A stretch of DNA of 64,000 nt from Chiloscyllium plagiosum. Its lineage: Eukaryota. The stretch's first letter is position 1. Each line of letters starts with the position of its first letter. A model generated the notes under the pieces. That model searched no databases, was not told the DNA's origin, and saw only the letters and a list, made by a program, of their open reading frames with translations. Position numbers and translations under genes: made by a program. The stretch is taken from positions 16,308,524 to 16,372,523 of the forward strand of contig NC_057749.1 of assembly GCF_004010195.1 (NCBI RefSeq), in the 5' to 3' direction. This document shows, piece by piece, positions 30,001-39,800 of the stretch.

Positions 30001-33000
30001 GGAGACAGCAAAGATCCATGGAATGCATGTCTTGTGAAAGCATGACAGAATAACCGCGGTTATCTGAACATCAATTATCCGAATTTTGAATTATCCGAAC
30101 AAGATCAAGGTCCAGTAAATGCTTCCTTTGCTTATGATCGGATCAGTTATCTGAACAAAATGCTCCCTGCCCATCTCATGCAGATAATAGAGGTTGTTCT
30201 GTATAGATTTACCAAACTTTGCCTTGTATCTTCAACTAGCGTTGATAAAAAAATGAGAAGATAAATGCGGTTGGGGGCCAGTACCAGGAAGCCAAATATT
30301 GTCACTCACTGCAACCTGAATCATCAACTCACAACCAAAAGCAGCAATTTGGGAATCATCACTACAAAAAGAAGACTGTGAGCAAGGAGTTGGTTGGAAT
30401 TTTCTCTTGCTCCTCAAAGGGGCTGAAATTAGCTAGTCTGAGCTGAAATTTAACCTCAAGCGCCCCGGTCTGAACCTTTACATTTCCCAATCATATACAG
30501 CTCTGCTGCAACCTTCATCAACCCAGCACAGCCATGATGTTGAGCTCTGGGTGTTCTGCTCACCTTTTGGGGAGTGAATATGATTTTGTATTTGCGCAGC
30601 CTTGCACTAGCTTTGTCTGCGTTGACGATTTCTGGAAGGAGACGGAGGAAAGAATCACTTATGCAATCTGTAACAGTAAGGCAGTGTGCATGAAGATAGG
30701 GACAAGCAAAACTCCACAACAATTGTAAAGGATACTGAAAACATAATTATATGGAGAAAAACCCCTCATCATCCAATTTGAAAGAATAAAGAAGAAAGAA
30801 AGTTATACCAAAGCCCAGTGAGGCCTATCAGGAAGATCTAAAAGACTCAGTGGTACTAACTGAAGCATGCAGGTGGGTTTGTTGGACAAACCAGACAGTA
30901 ACCCTCAAATATCACAACAAGCCATTTATTGTTAGTCTCATTCAAAAACAGAAATGGCTGGAGAAACTCAGCAGATCCAGCAGCACTTGTGGAGGGAAAG
31001 CAGAGTTAACGTTTTGGGTCCAGCGACCCGCTTTCAGTCAGTTTCTCCAGCAATTTCTGTTTCACATTTCCAGCATCCATGATTCTTCATTTTTAAACAA
31101 AAATTCATTATCTTATTTTCTTTGTTGAACCTTGACATGTGAAAAGTGGTTGCTGCATTTCCTACATAATAACATGGCAAAAGCAATTCATTGTGAAGCA
31201 ATTTGGAACACAGCAAGTGTGAGAAAGGCACTACAGAATTGCAAATTTTGTCCTTACTGAAGGCTAGACTCTGAAGCCGTATGTATAATTCTGGATCATG
31301 GGGATCTTTTATTTATTTCATTTTCAGAATTGCTTTTGCAAATGCTGACTTGTTAGATAATAGCACTCTCAAGAAACATCAACATTTTAGAAGGGAGAGG
31401 TGACTTTGCAGAGTATATTGTTGAGTTTGTGGAGGCGAGGTGGTGAGTTAGTAACATGCTGCGCCACCTTCTGGTTGTACTGTAAATGCGAAGATCTGAC
31501 ACTTCCCAAGACAACAACCAAACTGACATGACTGAGGAAATTACCAAGTGATTCCCTGCAGATTGTGAGAGAAACTGTGGGGATTAACATCATTTCACAC
31601 TTGCTAGTGGTCATGCACAAATGGGGACTCCAGGTCAACTCACTGTGCAAAATCGCTCTCTCTCATACGCATATTCAAGACAGTGTGTGAGCTCTCATAC
31701 CTGCAACATGCTTCACACTGGCTATCCGAGGTCGGACCAGGAAACACAGTCTGTGTAAGGAGACAGGTAGTGAAGACCAGTTAAACACTCAGGAACCATT
31801 CATTAATCAACAGAAATCAAACTTCACATCACATTACATTCCTTCCCGCAGACTCCATTCTCCTGCCAATTGTCCGCAGGCTCTCTAGCCCCTTGGCAAT
31901 CACCCACAGACTCCAATACCTGGCAATTGCCCAAAATCCATTGTCTCACTGTTGAACAATGCTCATTATCCTTCTCTCCTTCACACAATGACCTTTCCCC
32001 ATTCCCACTGAGTAATACTCACTGGTCACTCACTCCCTGAACCATTTTATTTTCCAATTTGTACAACTTCTCTACATCATGTTGCTGTGAAATAAACAGA
32101 ATAATAATTGTTAGTCTTTCTTGCTGCATACTTAATTCTACCAGCATTAAATTGCCAGTAATAAACTAAATTCATATCAAAATAAAACCAGAAACACGTT
32201 GCAAATACAGAAATAAAAGAGAAGAAAGATTAAATATTTCAGATGGAGATGACTCACAAATTAGAACTAATTTGCTGAAATGCAAGCTTCTCAGCTGTCT
32301 AAGTAAGTATCTGCATTGTTAGAAACTAATCAGGCCAATCAAAGTACTTTATACAAAGGTGGAGAATGTAATACTGTTGTTCATAAAGGTAGCAGTAACA
32401 CAGGTTTGATTCCAATCTCAGGCAACTGCCTGCACATTCTCTCCATGTCTGCATGGATTTCCTCCCACATTCCAAAGATTTGCAGGTGAGGTGGATTGGC
32501 CTTGCTAAATTATTCTGAAGTGTCCAGGAATGTGCAGGCGAGTGGGTTATCCTTGGAAATTTCTGGGTGGAATGTTCTCCCGAGGGTCAGTGCAGACTTG
32601 ATGAATCAAATAGCTTTTATCTGCACTGCAGGGTTTCTTTGATACTGTACGCACTCCCTCAGTGCTGCACTTCAGGGTGAAAGGTGTTGACAGGTTAGAA
32701 TAAAGTATTAGCAGTAGATAGAAAGAAAGGTTTTAAATTCAGCATGGGATGGAGAGAACCCCCAAATCACTGCTGACAGGTACAAATGGAGCAAGCAATT
32801 AAAAATGGCATCTGATGGGTGTGCAAAGGCTGCAGAAATGCTGGCAGCAGCTGTGAGGAATGATTTAGTCCAAATTTCAAATGCAAGAAAATTCCTGCTC
32901 AGCCGTGACTTGTTAACAGCTGGGAAGCCTCCCAACAGAAGGATAATTGCAAGATTGAGTAATGGGATAGAGAGTTGAAACTGAGCTTGAGCCTTCGGAT

Positions 33001-33643
33001 ATTGGCTAAGGAAGGAGCCCTAAGGAATTGAGAAAGCTGACAGTGTAGCAGCTACAGAGATTTCCATTGTTAGAGTTCTGTCGAGTGCAATAAGGCAGAC
33101 AGGAATGGGATCCAGAGCAGTCTCACCAAGGTGATCCATAAAAGCATCCTGATGTAATCGTTTGTGTTCAGGGCTGCAGGGAGGGGAGAGGAATATGCTG
33201 CCATGGCCTGGGTGATGAAGGATATGGGCAGGATAGGTTGAGGGACAGTATAAAGTGAGTATTAACTGACCTTCAGGATGGAGACATTCGCGATGCGATC
33301 CAGAGGGCTCATCAGATCAGCTTCAATAAACAAATCCTTCTTTCCCGGCAACTGGCAACATGGAAATTCCATTAAACAGGAGAATAAATGGAAATAAGGA
33401 ATTGTCACAGTTCACTGTGTTTTTATTTCCATAAAATACCACTTCTGGAGGGGGGGGAGGCGGGGAAGGGGGTCACACCCCTCCTCTTCCTCTCCCTCTC
33501 CCCCCAAAACCCCTCACCCCCACTTCCCGGGGGGGTATCAGCCTCTCCCTCACCTGCTCCAGTAAATAGACGAGTTGATCCCGGGCCAGTCTTTTCAAGA
33601 TGTCGAAATCCGGCAGCTCCGGAGCATCCAAGCGGCCCGCCAT
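2935..33643 (-). CDS. VPS33B: VPS33B, Sec1/Munc18-family trafficking protein; 23 coding exons, 1842 nt, 613 aa
   Basis: All 23 exons found with GT-AG and consistent phases; translation follows recalled human VPS33B from [17 protein letters not shown] to [14 protein letters not shown]. Confidence 0.97.
3519..3763 (+). mobile_element. HE1-like V-SINE (5'-truncated)
   Basis: V-domain tggagtttgcacattctccccgtgtctgcgtgggtttcc, CR1-like tail, (aatct)n end. Confidence 0.85.
4373..4489 (-). CDS. VPS33B: VPS33B exon 22
   Basis: ..[27 protein letters not shown]; 117 nt. Confidence 0.93.
6179..6254 (-). CDS. VPS33B: VPS33B exon 21
   Basis: [25 protein letters not shown]; 76 nt. Confidence 0.93.
6853..6954 (-). 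CDS. VPS33B: VPS33B exon 20
   Basis: [34 protein letters not shown]; 102 nt. Confidence 0.95.
8587..8660 (-). CDS. VPS33B: VPS33B exon 19
   Basis: [25 protein letters not shown]; 74 nt. Confidence 0.95.
9294..9426 (-). CDS. VPS33B: VPS33B exon 18
   Basis: [44 protein letters not shown]; 133 nt. Confidence 0.95.
10706..10752 (-). CDS. VPS33B: VPS33B exon 17
   Basis: [16 protein letters not shown]; 47 nt. Confidence 0.95.
10817..11007 (+). mobile_element. Short Penelope-derived element with mutated hammerhead (10925-10953)
   Basis: cac-GTGATGA-a-GGAGC-agt-GCTCC-GAAA-GC-TA-gtg; 11-bp TSD caaagtctgaa at 10806-10816 and 11008-11018. Confidence 0.7.
11249..11303 (-). CDS. VPS33B: VPS33B exon 16
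   Basis: [18 protein letters not shown]; 55 nt. Confidence 0.95.
12030..12094 (-). CDS. VPS33B: VPS33B exon 15
   Basis: [22 protein letters not shown]; 65 nt. Confidence 0.95.
12782..12856 (-). CDS. VPS33B: VPS33B exon 14
   Basis: [25 protein letters not shown]; 75 nt. Confidence 0.95.
15330..15507. mobile_element. Tc1/mariner-pogo MITE
   Basis: TIRs CAGGTCGTTCTGCTATAA / TTATAGCAGACTGACTG flanked by TA; sister copy at about 34430-34641. Confidence 0.8.
15512..15637 (+). mobile_element. Short Penelope-derived element with intact hammerhead core (15514-15541)
   Basis: CTGAAGA-a-GGGC-taat-GCCC-GAAA-CG-TC; 11-bp TSD ctgactgtact at 15501-15511 and 15638-15648. Confidence 0.75.
15650..16118 (+). 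mobile_element. Tigger/pogo transposon remnant with CENP-B-type HTH
   Basis: [37 protein letters not shown]; right TIR ttataggagaattacttg+TA resembles the 15330 MITE. Confidence 0.75.
16545..16635 (-). CDS. VPS33B: VPS33B exon 13
   Basis: [30 protein letters not shown]; 91 nt. Confidence 0.95.
17290..17900 (+). mobile_element. CR1 LINE 3' fragment
   Basis: Degenerate ORF2 C-terminus plus 3' UTR. Confidence 0.8.
18324..18410 (-). CDS. VPS33B: VPS33B exon 12
   Basis: [29 protein letters not shown]; 87 nt. Confidence 0.95.
20483..20556 (-). CDS. VPS33B: VPS33B exon 11
   Basis: [25 protein letters not shown]; 74 nt. Confidence 0.95.
21365..21706. mobile_element. Tigger-like MITE
   Basis: Imperfect TIRs CAGCAAAC.. 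/ ..GTTTGCTG with TA on both sides. Confidence 0.75.
22309..22386 (-). CDS. VPS33B: VPS33B exon 10
   Basis: [26 protein letters not shown]; 78 nt. Confidence 0.95.
22540..23740 (-). mobile_element. CR1/L2-clade LINE fragment hosting a nested CR1 (about 22860-23283, +) and a hairpin-family arm (about 23290-23390)
   Basis: [30 protein letters not shown]-terminal peptide; nested CR1 ends cctactcctagtttttatgttctt. Confidence 0.75.
23980..24320 (-). mobile_element. HE1-like V-SINE
   Basis: Reverse complement of the 3519 element; another copy at about 32385-32645 (+). Confidence 0.8.
24589..24685 (-). CDS. VPS33B: VPS33B exon 9
   Basis: [32 protein letters not shown]; 97 nt. Confidence 0.95.
24820..25200 (+). 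repeat. Degenerate roughly 65-bp dispersed/tandem repeat (ccctctacactgtc..atcaaaca..cagg..acagca..ttagatacagagtaaagct)
   Basis: About 3 diverged units; reverse copies at about 43290-43500 and 46150-46400. Confidence 0.55.
25842..25946 (-). CDS. VPS33B: VPS33B exon 8
   Basis: [35 protein letters not shown]; 105 nt. Confidence 0.95.
26450..27245 (+). mobile_element. CR1 LINE 3' fragment
   Basis: Degenerate ORF2 C-terminus and 3' UTR. Confidence 0.8.
27328..27422 (-). CDS. VPS33B: VPS33B exon 7
   Basis: [32 protein letters not shown]; 95 nt. Confidence 0.95.
28724..28769 (-). CDS. VPS33B: VPS33B exon 6
   Basis: [15 protein letters not shown]; 46 nt. Confidence 0.93.
28781..29040 (+). mobile_element. 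CR1 3' end abutting the VPS33B exon 6 acceptor
   Basis: [34 protein letters not shown]; related 3' ends at about 33955-34125, 38180-38360 and 56290-56660. Confidence 0.85.
30046..30201. mobile_element. Tigger-like MITE
   Basis: Imperfect TIRs cagaataaccgcggttatctg / cagataatagaggttgttctg; internal ttatc(c/t)gaa repeats. Confidence 0.7.
30564..30631 (-). CDS. VPS33B: VPS33B exon 5
   Basis: [23 protein letters not shown]; 68 nt. Confidence 0.95.
31701..31750 (-). CDS. VPS33B: VPS33B exon 4
   Basis: [16 protein letters not shown]; 50 nt. Confidence 0.95.
32023..32084 (-). CDS. VPS33B: VPS33B exon 3
   Basis: [20 protein letters not shown]; 62 nt. Confidence 0.93.
33271..33351 (-). CDS. VPS33B: VPS33B exon 2
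   Basis: [27 protein letters not shown]; 81 nt. Confidence 0.96.
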
Positions 33644-33790
33644 CTTGTCCCGGGACAACCGCTTCCGGCGGTCACGGCCGGCGCTTCCGGTGACCCGAGT
33701 CCTGAGTGCAGGCTTCCCCAGGAAAGGTAGGCCTCCCCCACCCCTCACCCCCCACCACCGACCCCCCACGCTCACCCCCCCACACTCANN
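33450..33790 (-). promoter_or_regulatory. VPS33B CpG-rich promoter with two ETS-type CCGGAAG motifs and a YY1-type motif over the start codon
   Basis: CTTCCGG at about 33662 and 33684; AAGATGGCGG spans the ATG; GC/CpG-rich; next to the N-gap. Confidence 0.7.
33554..33643 (-). CDS. VPS33B: VPS33B exon 1 (coding part)
   Basis: [30 protein letters not shown], then gtgagg donor. Confidence 0.96.
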
Positions 33791-33870
33791 NNNNNNNNNN
33801 NNNNNNNNNNNNNNNNNNNNNNNNNNNNNNNNNNNNNNNNNNNNNNNNNCCCCACACTCACCCCCCACAC
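33770..33870. repeat. (CCCCCCACACTCA)-like tandem repeat collapsed into the assembly gap
   Basis: Same unit on both sides of Ns 33789-33849. Confidence 0.6.
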
Positions 33871-34429
33871 TCTGATCTCCAGCATTTGCAGACCTCACTT
33901 TCTCCTCTTCAGTTTTGCACTCGACCTCAATCTCTCCGTTACAACCGACTTAAATGTACAATTGCAACATTTAAGAGGCATTTGGATGGGTATATGAAGA
34001 GGAAGGATTTAGAGGGATATGGGCCGGGTACTGGCAGGTGGGACTAGATTGGGTTGGGACATCTGGTCGGCATGGACAGGTTGGACCGAAGGGTCTGTTT
34101 CCATGCTGTACATCTCTATGACTCTAAGGCGACTCGCAGATGTGTCCTGATTCCAATCTACCATGTTATGGTTCATCAGTTTGTCCTCAATGAAGTTTTA
34201 CACTACTGGTGTTGCAAATTTCTGAAAGCATCGGTCAATCATTTGACGAAAAGTTTTGATGTGTCTGCATGAGAAAAACATGTTTTTTGTATTTCTTCCC
34301 TTGTAGGGATGGTAGTTGTGGTATGGACTAGGCTTGAATTGAATTATATTTATTGTCACATGTACTCGCATGAGTCCAGTGAAAACTTTACAAGCCGCCA
34401 ATAACGGCACTACCTTAGGTACAAAGATA

Positions 34430-34641
34430 CAGGTTGTTCTGTTACAATGTGTGTTTCATCAATGCTGTAATGCGATTGACGAATTGGGGATGCTGTTTCT
34501 ATAGCGCGAATGTTTAAAACCTGTGTTGACTGTAATGCACTTACAGTGATAACACTTTAAGTGCTGTTTCTAAAGTGTGATATTTCTAACAATAAGGGGT
34601 TGCACAAGAACATAACTATCGCATGAAAGAAGAACTGACTG
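34430..34641. mobile_element. Tc1/mariner-pogo MITE (same family as 15330)
   Basis: TA-caggttgttctgttacaa ... agaactgactg-TA. Confidence 0.7.
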
Positions 34642-35124
34642 TACCTAGGTACAGCGTCTTAGATACAAAGCAGAAAAATAAGGAAAACAAAATTAAAAAG
34701 TTGAACATTACAGTCTTTCTTACTAAAAAGTGGAAAAACAAAGAAACACAGTTAACAGTTCGACAACACATTTCATAAGCGCCCGGCCATACTGGGCTTG
34801 CACTCCTCACAAAGGCTCGACCTATCTGGCTCTGGGCTCAACTTCACCCAGTGCAGTTTGTTCCTGCTCCTGCCAGCCACCTCAGGCTGCCTGTTCCCGC
34901 TCTTGCTGCTCTTAATCACTAGAATATTTATGCACTATATGAGGAATGAACTGATCATAACAGAAAATGGCCCTGACACTGCACAAAAACAGATGGAGGT
35001 GAATAACAGGAAAAAACTGCCTCAAATTGCAAGTTGCCACCAGGAGCAAGGGGTGCGAGTAAATTAAAATAATAGATTCCTTGTTGTTAGGAACAAATAG
35101 TACTCAAACTAAGCATTACCCTTA

Positions 35125-35445
35125 GAATCATAGAATCCCTACAGTGTGGAAACATTCAGCACAAGTCAACACCGACCCTCTAAAGAACAACCCATCCAGA
35201 CTCAGCCCCTACCCGAGCCCTGTAACCCTGCATTTTCCATAGCTAATCCACTGCACATCCCTGGACACTATGGACAATTTAGCATGGCCAATCCACCCTG
35301 ACCTTCACATCATTGGACTGTGGGAGAAAAAAGGAGCACCCGGAGGAAACTCACTCTGACACAGGGAGAACGAGCAAACTCCACACAGACAGTCGCCTGA
35401 GTCCCTGTGAGGCAGTAGTGCTACGCACTGAGCATTGTGCTGTCC
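35125..35445 (-). mobile_element. HE1-like V-SINE
   Basis: Same family, with tRNA-like head. Confidence 0.8.
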
Positions 35446-35470
35446 CATGGTGAGGGGAAGATATCCTTGC

Positions 35471-35880
35471 TGAGAAAAATATGTGAGTAATGGATGTAGT
35501 TTGGTCTCTGAGCTGGAAGGTAACATTATCAGTGAGCCTCCGGATGAGGCACTGGTGGCATGGCCCACTTTCTATTTATGTGTTCTGGTTGGATCCAACC
35601 AGGACTCTATCAACAAACACATTGACTTGGATCCCATTTGCCACCCCCTAAGAAAAAGAACAGGAAATGGTATCACCACAGGAAATAACATCACCACCCC
35701 CAAGGAAACCTAAACACATAAATAGAAAGTGGGTCATGCCACCAGTTTTTCATGGAGGCTCACTGATGATGTTACCTAGTATGGTGTCGAAACGTCTGAA
35801 AATGTACCTCCCAGCTCAGCGAGCAAACCTACATCCAGCACATCAACGTGAGTTACAAATCTTACTCAAAACTCGCTAAT
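35471..35880 (+). mobile_element. Penelope-like element 3' end with inverted pLTR copy
   Basis: SNQDSINKHIDLDPICHPLRKR resembles the endonuclease-region C-terminus; 35471-35585 is a reverse complement (with deletions) of 35713-35870; hammerhead motif inside. Confidence 0.8.
35760..35799 (+). ncRNA. Minimal type-I hammerhead ribozyme motif
   Basis: tca-CTGATGA-t-GTTACC-tagtat-GGTGTC-GAAA-CG-TC-tga: core intact, one stem II mismatch, 3-bp stem I, palindromic ACGT stem III. Confidence 0.7.
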
Positions 35881-36748
35881 GTGTGAGCAATGTCCTTTTA
35901 GGTTCAAAATGCTACATCTGCATGTAGAGATCCTGTGAGAGCCAGGCAGACATTCCAGAGTATTAACGACCAATCAGACTTGCTGTTAATTCAACCTGGT
36001 GAACCTGTCAGTGGCAGCTGAGATTTTCATCATTTACCTCAACAGAACTGTGCAAGCCATTGCCAGAATGGGTTGTGAGATTCTGGTTTTCAGAAGGCTT
36101 AGCAGCTCTCGTTACTACTTAACTGGACGAGTCTAGCCTCTTGAGGTGTTTGTGTGTTGGTTGAGGGTCTTGTGGCCTTGGATCTTTAAGAGGGTGCCTA
36201 AGCTCTCTGAATTTGTACAGTGCAGAGTCTTCCTACAGAATAAGTGTGCTGTCATATCAGGCAAACTGAAATTCTTTTTGTGTGGATTCCTTAATAGTTC
36301 AAGGTAAAGACTCAAACATGGAGATGGATTTCCATGTGTTGGACTAAAAGAATTGAGAAATACCCTCCCCTATAAAGTGTACCTGCTATGAAAATTACAA
36401 GATACAATTTGAAACATGTCTAAGTTAATCATTTAGAAGCAAAATAGGTCAGATTAATTAAAAATATGATGATACAAGAATGGTAGCCCAACAGGACAAA
36501 AATACTTTATTTTCAAGACAATAAAACAGAGAGGAATTCACAGAAACAAGATAAATGAGCAGCAAAAATATATTCATTCCAACGAAAATGTCAGAAATTC
36601 AATCTGATCATAAAGTACATTCTTGAATATTTAAATTTAGAGATTGTTACCTTGTCATTTACAACTTCATTTCACACTGATAGACCCAATGGTAAAGTAC
36701 TGCTCGATCTTCCATCTCAAAATCTAATCTCTTTCAAACAGAATCTCA

Positions 36749-36882
36749 TTATCCAGTAAGAATATTTCTTTCTTTGAAAAGTGCATCCAGGCTCTTTTCA
36801 AGGGTCTGATTCGTTCCTCGAAGTCCAGCAATGACTTGGGAAGCCCAGATGAAATACTGTTCAACGCGTTTCTCCGTCCATC
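36749..36882 (-). CDS. HDDC3: HDDC3 exon 4 (last)
   Basis: GWTEKRVEQYFIWASQV...KERNILTG*; minus-strand AATAAA at 36506-36511. Confidence 0.95.
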
Positions 36883-39800
36883 CTGAGGAAGGATTCAACA
36901 GAGCAAAGGTCAGGCCTGTTCCCACGAGGTTACTTAACCCTCTGAGCTTTCCCATTATATTCCTCAGCCCAGTCCCTGGGGCTAATCTTGGTTCTTCAAA
37001 TAATACCACGGAGTCTTCAACATTATCTGAGCCATTGTGGAGATTACTTAGCTCAGTTGGCTTGATACCATGGACAAGTTGGGCCGAAGGGCCTATTTCC
37101 ATGCTGTTAACTGGTGCCAATCTCACAGGCTGAATTCCCTAGCAGGCTGTGATAGTTCACGGAGGCTTTGGGTCATTGCCTTGATGTGGAATGGTGCTAT
37201 ATAACCATTTCTCTCTCTCTCTCTCCCGCCCCACAAGAGCATAATGCCTATGGTTTCTCATGGATTTAACTAATCACCATTATCTGAGCCACCATAATTG
37301 GTAGGGAGGACCCTGAGTGCATTTCCCAAAGGTCAACAGCTCTGATAGTGCAGCATTCCTCCACCTCTGCACTGCGTTGCCAGTCTAGGTGTGTGCTCAA
37401 TTGGGTTTTGAACCCAAACTCACACAACGTGCAGGGAGGGACTGGGAACCAGGCTGTGCTTGCCTGCAGAGACAGCTAAAGAAGAAACACTGGAAACCTG
37501 GGAACCCAATAATAATCAGACATGCGCTGGGAACCTGATGGGAGAGAAACAAAAAGGATTGCATTGCTGACCTGCTGGAGTGCAGCTTTTGAGATCCCTC
37601 AAGTTGTACAGTTTATCTGCCAGTTTCACCAGTTTAGCTTCGTAACTGCAGTGAGGGGCATGTTGGATCTGTAACTCCTTCCGTTTCTCCTTTGAAAGAG
37701 ATTTATCATCTGTCACTTCAGCAACAATACTCCGCACCTTCTCTCCAAACCTTTCCTCAATCTCTGTAAATGTAGTGTTTGTATCTTCAACAGTGTCGTG
37801 CAGAAGTGCGGCCTTGCCAGAAAGAAAAAGAAAGATAAATCTCAATTGTTACACACATCATGATTCAATTGTTGTTTTGGCTCCAGTGAGCTGTGGCTAA
37901 CATGCTCAGCTCTGAATATAAAGGCTCACTTTTGAATTTTCACACTTCACTTCAGGACTCAAGCACACAATCTAAGGTGACACTGAGGGAGTGCAGCATG
38001 GTCAGCGCTGGTGTCTCACATAATGATATTTCACAAAATTGTTACAGCTTGAAAGGGGGCCATTTGGCCCATCATTTCTGCACTGGCTGTCCGAATGAAC
38101 AATTCACTTCATGCCATTCCCCTACCACTTTCTATCATGGTGCACAGTCTTCCATTTCAAAGAACTGTCAAATTCCTGGTAGAGACTGGTACAATTGCAA
38201 CATTTAAGAAGCATTTGGATGGGTATATGAATAGGAAGGGTTTGGAGGGATATGGGCCGGGTGCTGGCAGGTGGGACTAGATTGGGTTGGGATATCTAAT
38301 CGGCATGGACGGGTTGGGCCGAAAGATGCTGTACATCTCTAGGACTCTATGACTCTATAAATGCCCTGATTGAACCTTGTGAAAATTTTAAAGGGCTGTG
38401 CTGGAATAGTGAGTAAGAGTAAGATGAAATGTCATTGAGCTGAAATGTTAAACCTGTTTCTCTCTTCATTGATGCTTGCCAGACCTGCTGAGTTTCTCCA
38501 GTTTATCGGTGTTTGTCACAGATCTCTAGCATTCGCAGTATTTTGCTTTTGTGCAGAGTAGGAGACAATATGTATGGATTATAAACACAGGCAGACTGGT
38601 TACACTGAACAGTTATAAACCCAACGCAGATACATCAGAACCCTCCCCATTTTTACCTGTAAGACAACCACATCTGTAATTCCAGCTTCATGGGCCAAAA
38701 TTCGGGCAACACCTTTAAACAAACAGAAAAACAATGAATCCCACTGAGTCCATATGTCAATCAACTTGAGAAGAATTAAAGGAGATCTAATTGACATATA
38801 TAAGATATTAAAAAGGAAATGACAAAACAGGTATAGAGACGATGTTTCTCGTTATGGGGCAACTGAGAATTATTGGGCTAAATGCTGGCAAAATTTAGAA
38901 CATCTAGTTGTCATGGACGAGTTGGACCAAAGGGTCTGTTTCCATGCTGTATAACTCTGACAGTAGAACGAGAGGTCATCATTTCAGGCCAAGGGGTGGC
39001 AGATTTAAAACAGGGATAAGGAGGAATTACTTCTCTTAGAGGATCAGGAATCAGAGGGTGGACACCAGGACACTGATTAAATTTAAGGAGGAGATAGATC
39101 ATTATTTAATTAGTAACAAGTTAAACAGTAATGGGAAGGGACAGGAATGTGGAGCTGAGGCTGACATGAGATCAGCTGAGATCGTGTGAAATGGCGGAGC
39201 AGACTCGAGGGTCTGAAGGTCCTACTCCTGCTCCTAGTTCTTATGTTCTAACTTTTAAACTCAGCAAATGCAAAACTAATGTCCATTATAGCACACAAAA
39301 ACAATAACTTATATTTATGTAATATCCTTCATGTCAAGGAATTTCAGAATGGGGAAAAAGAGACACAAGTGGATAAGACAAATGAGGGAACTCGGCTGAC
39401 AGGAGTTAGGAACATATAGAGGTAACCTGGTGAAAGAAAGGTTTTAAAGTATGTTTGAAATCAGCAGCAACTATTTGTAATGACTGATGTCTGATGATGT
39501 TAGATTAGATTAGATTACTTACAGTGTGGAAACAGGCCCTTCGGCCTGGTGAAAGAAAGGTTTTAAAGTATGTTTGAAATCAGCAGCAACTATTTGTAAT
39601 GACTGATGTCTGATGATGTTAGTACCAGTTTAGAGTGGAGGACAATGTCTGAGGGCTCAGCAAGTTATGACGATCTGGAATGTGCTGCCTGAAAGAATGG
39701 TAGAAACCGATTCAATCACAATCTTCAAAAGGAAACTGGATAAATGCTGAAAGGCTGAAAACATGCAGAGTGCCAGAGAAAGGGGCAGGATGCGGTGGGC

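Noticed and set aside
33211-33271. GTGATGA...CTGA resembling a C/D snoRNA
   Set aside because: Antisense to the host gene, only a 2-bp terminal stem, and the D box is just the complement of the exon 2 donor
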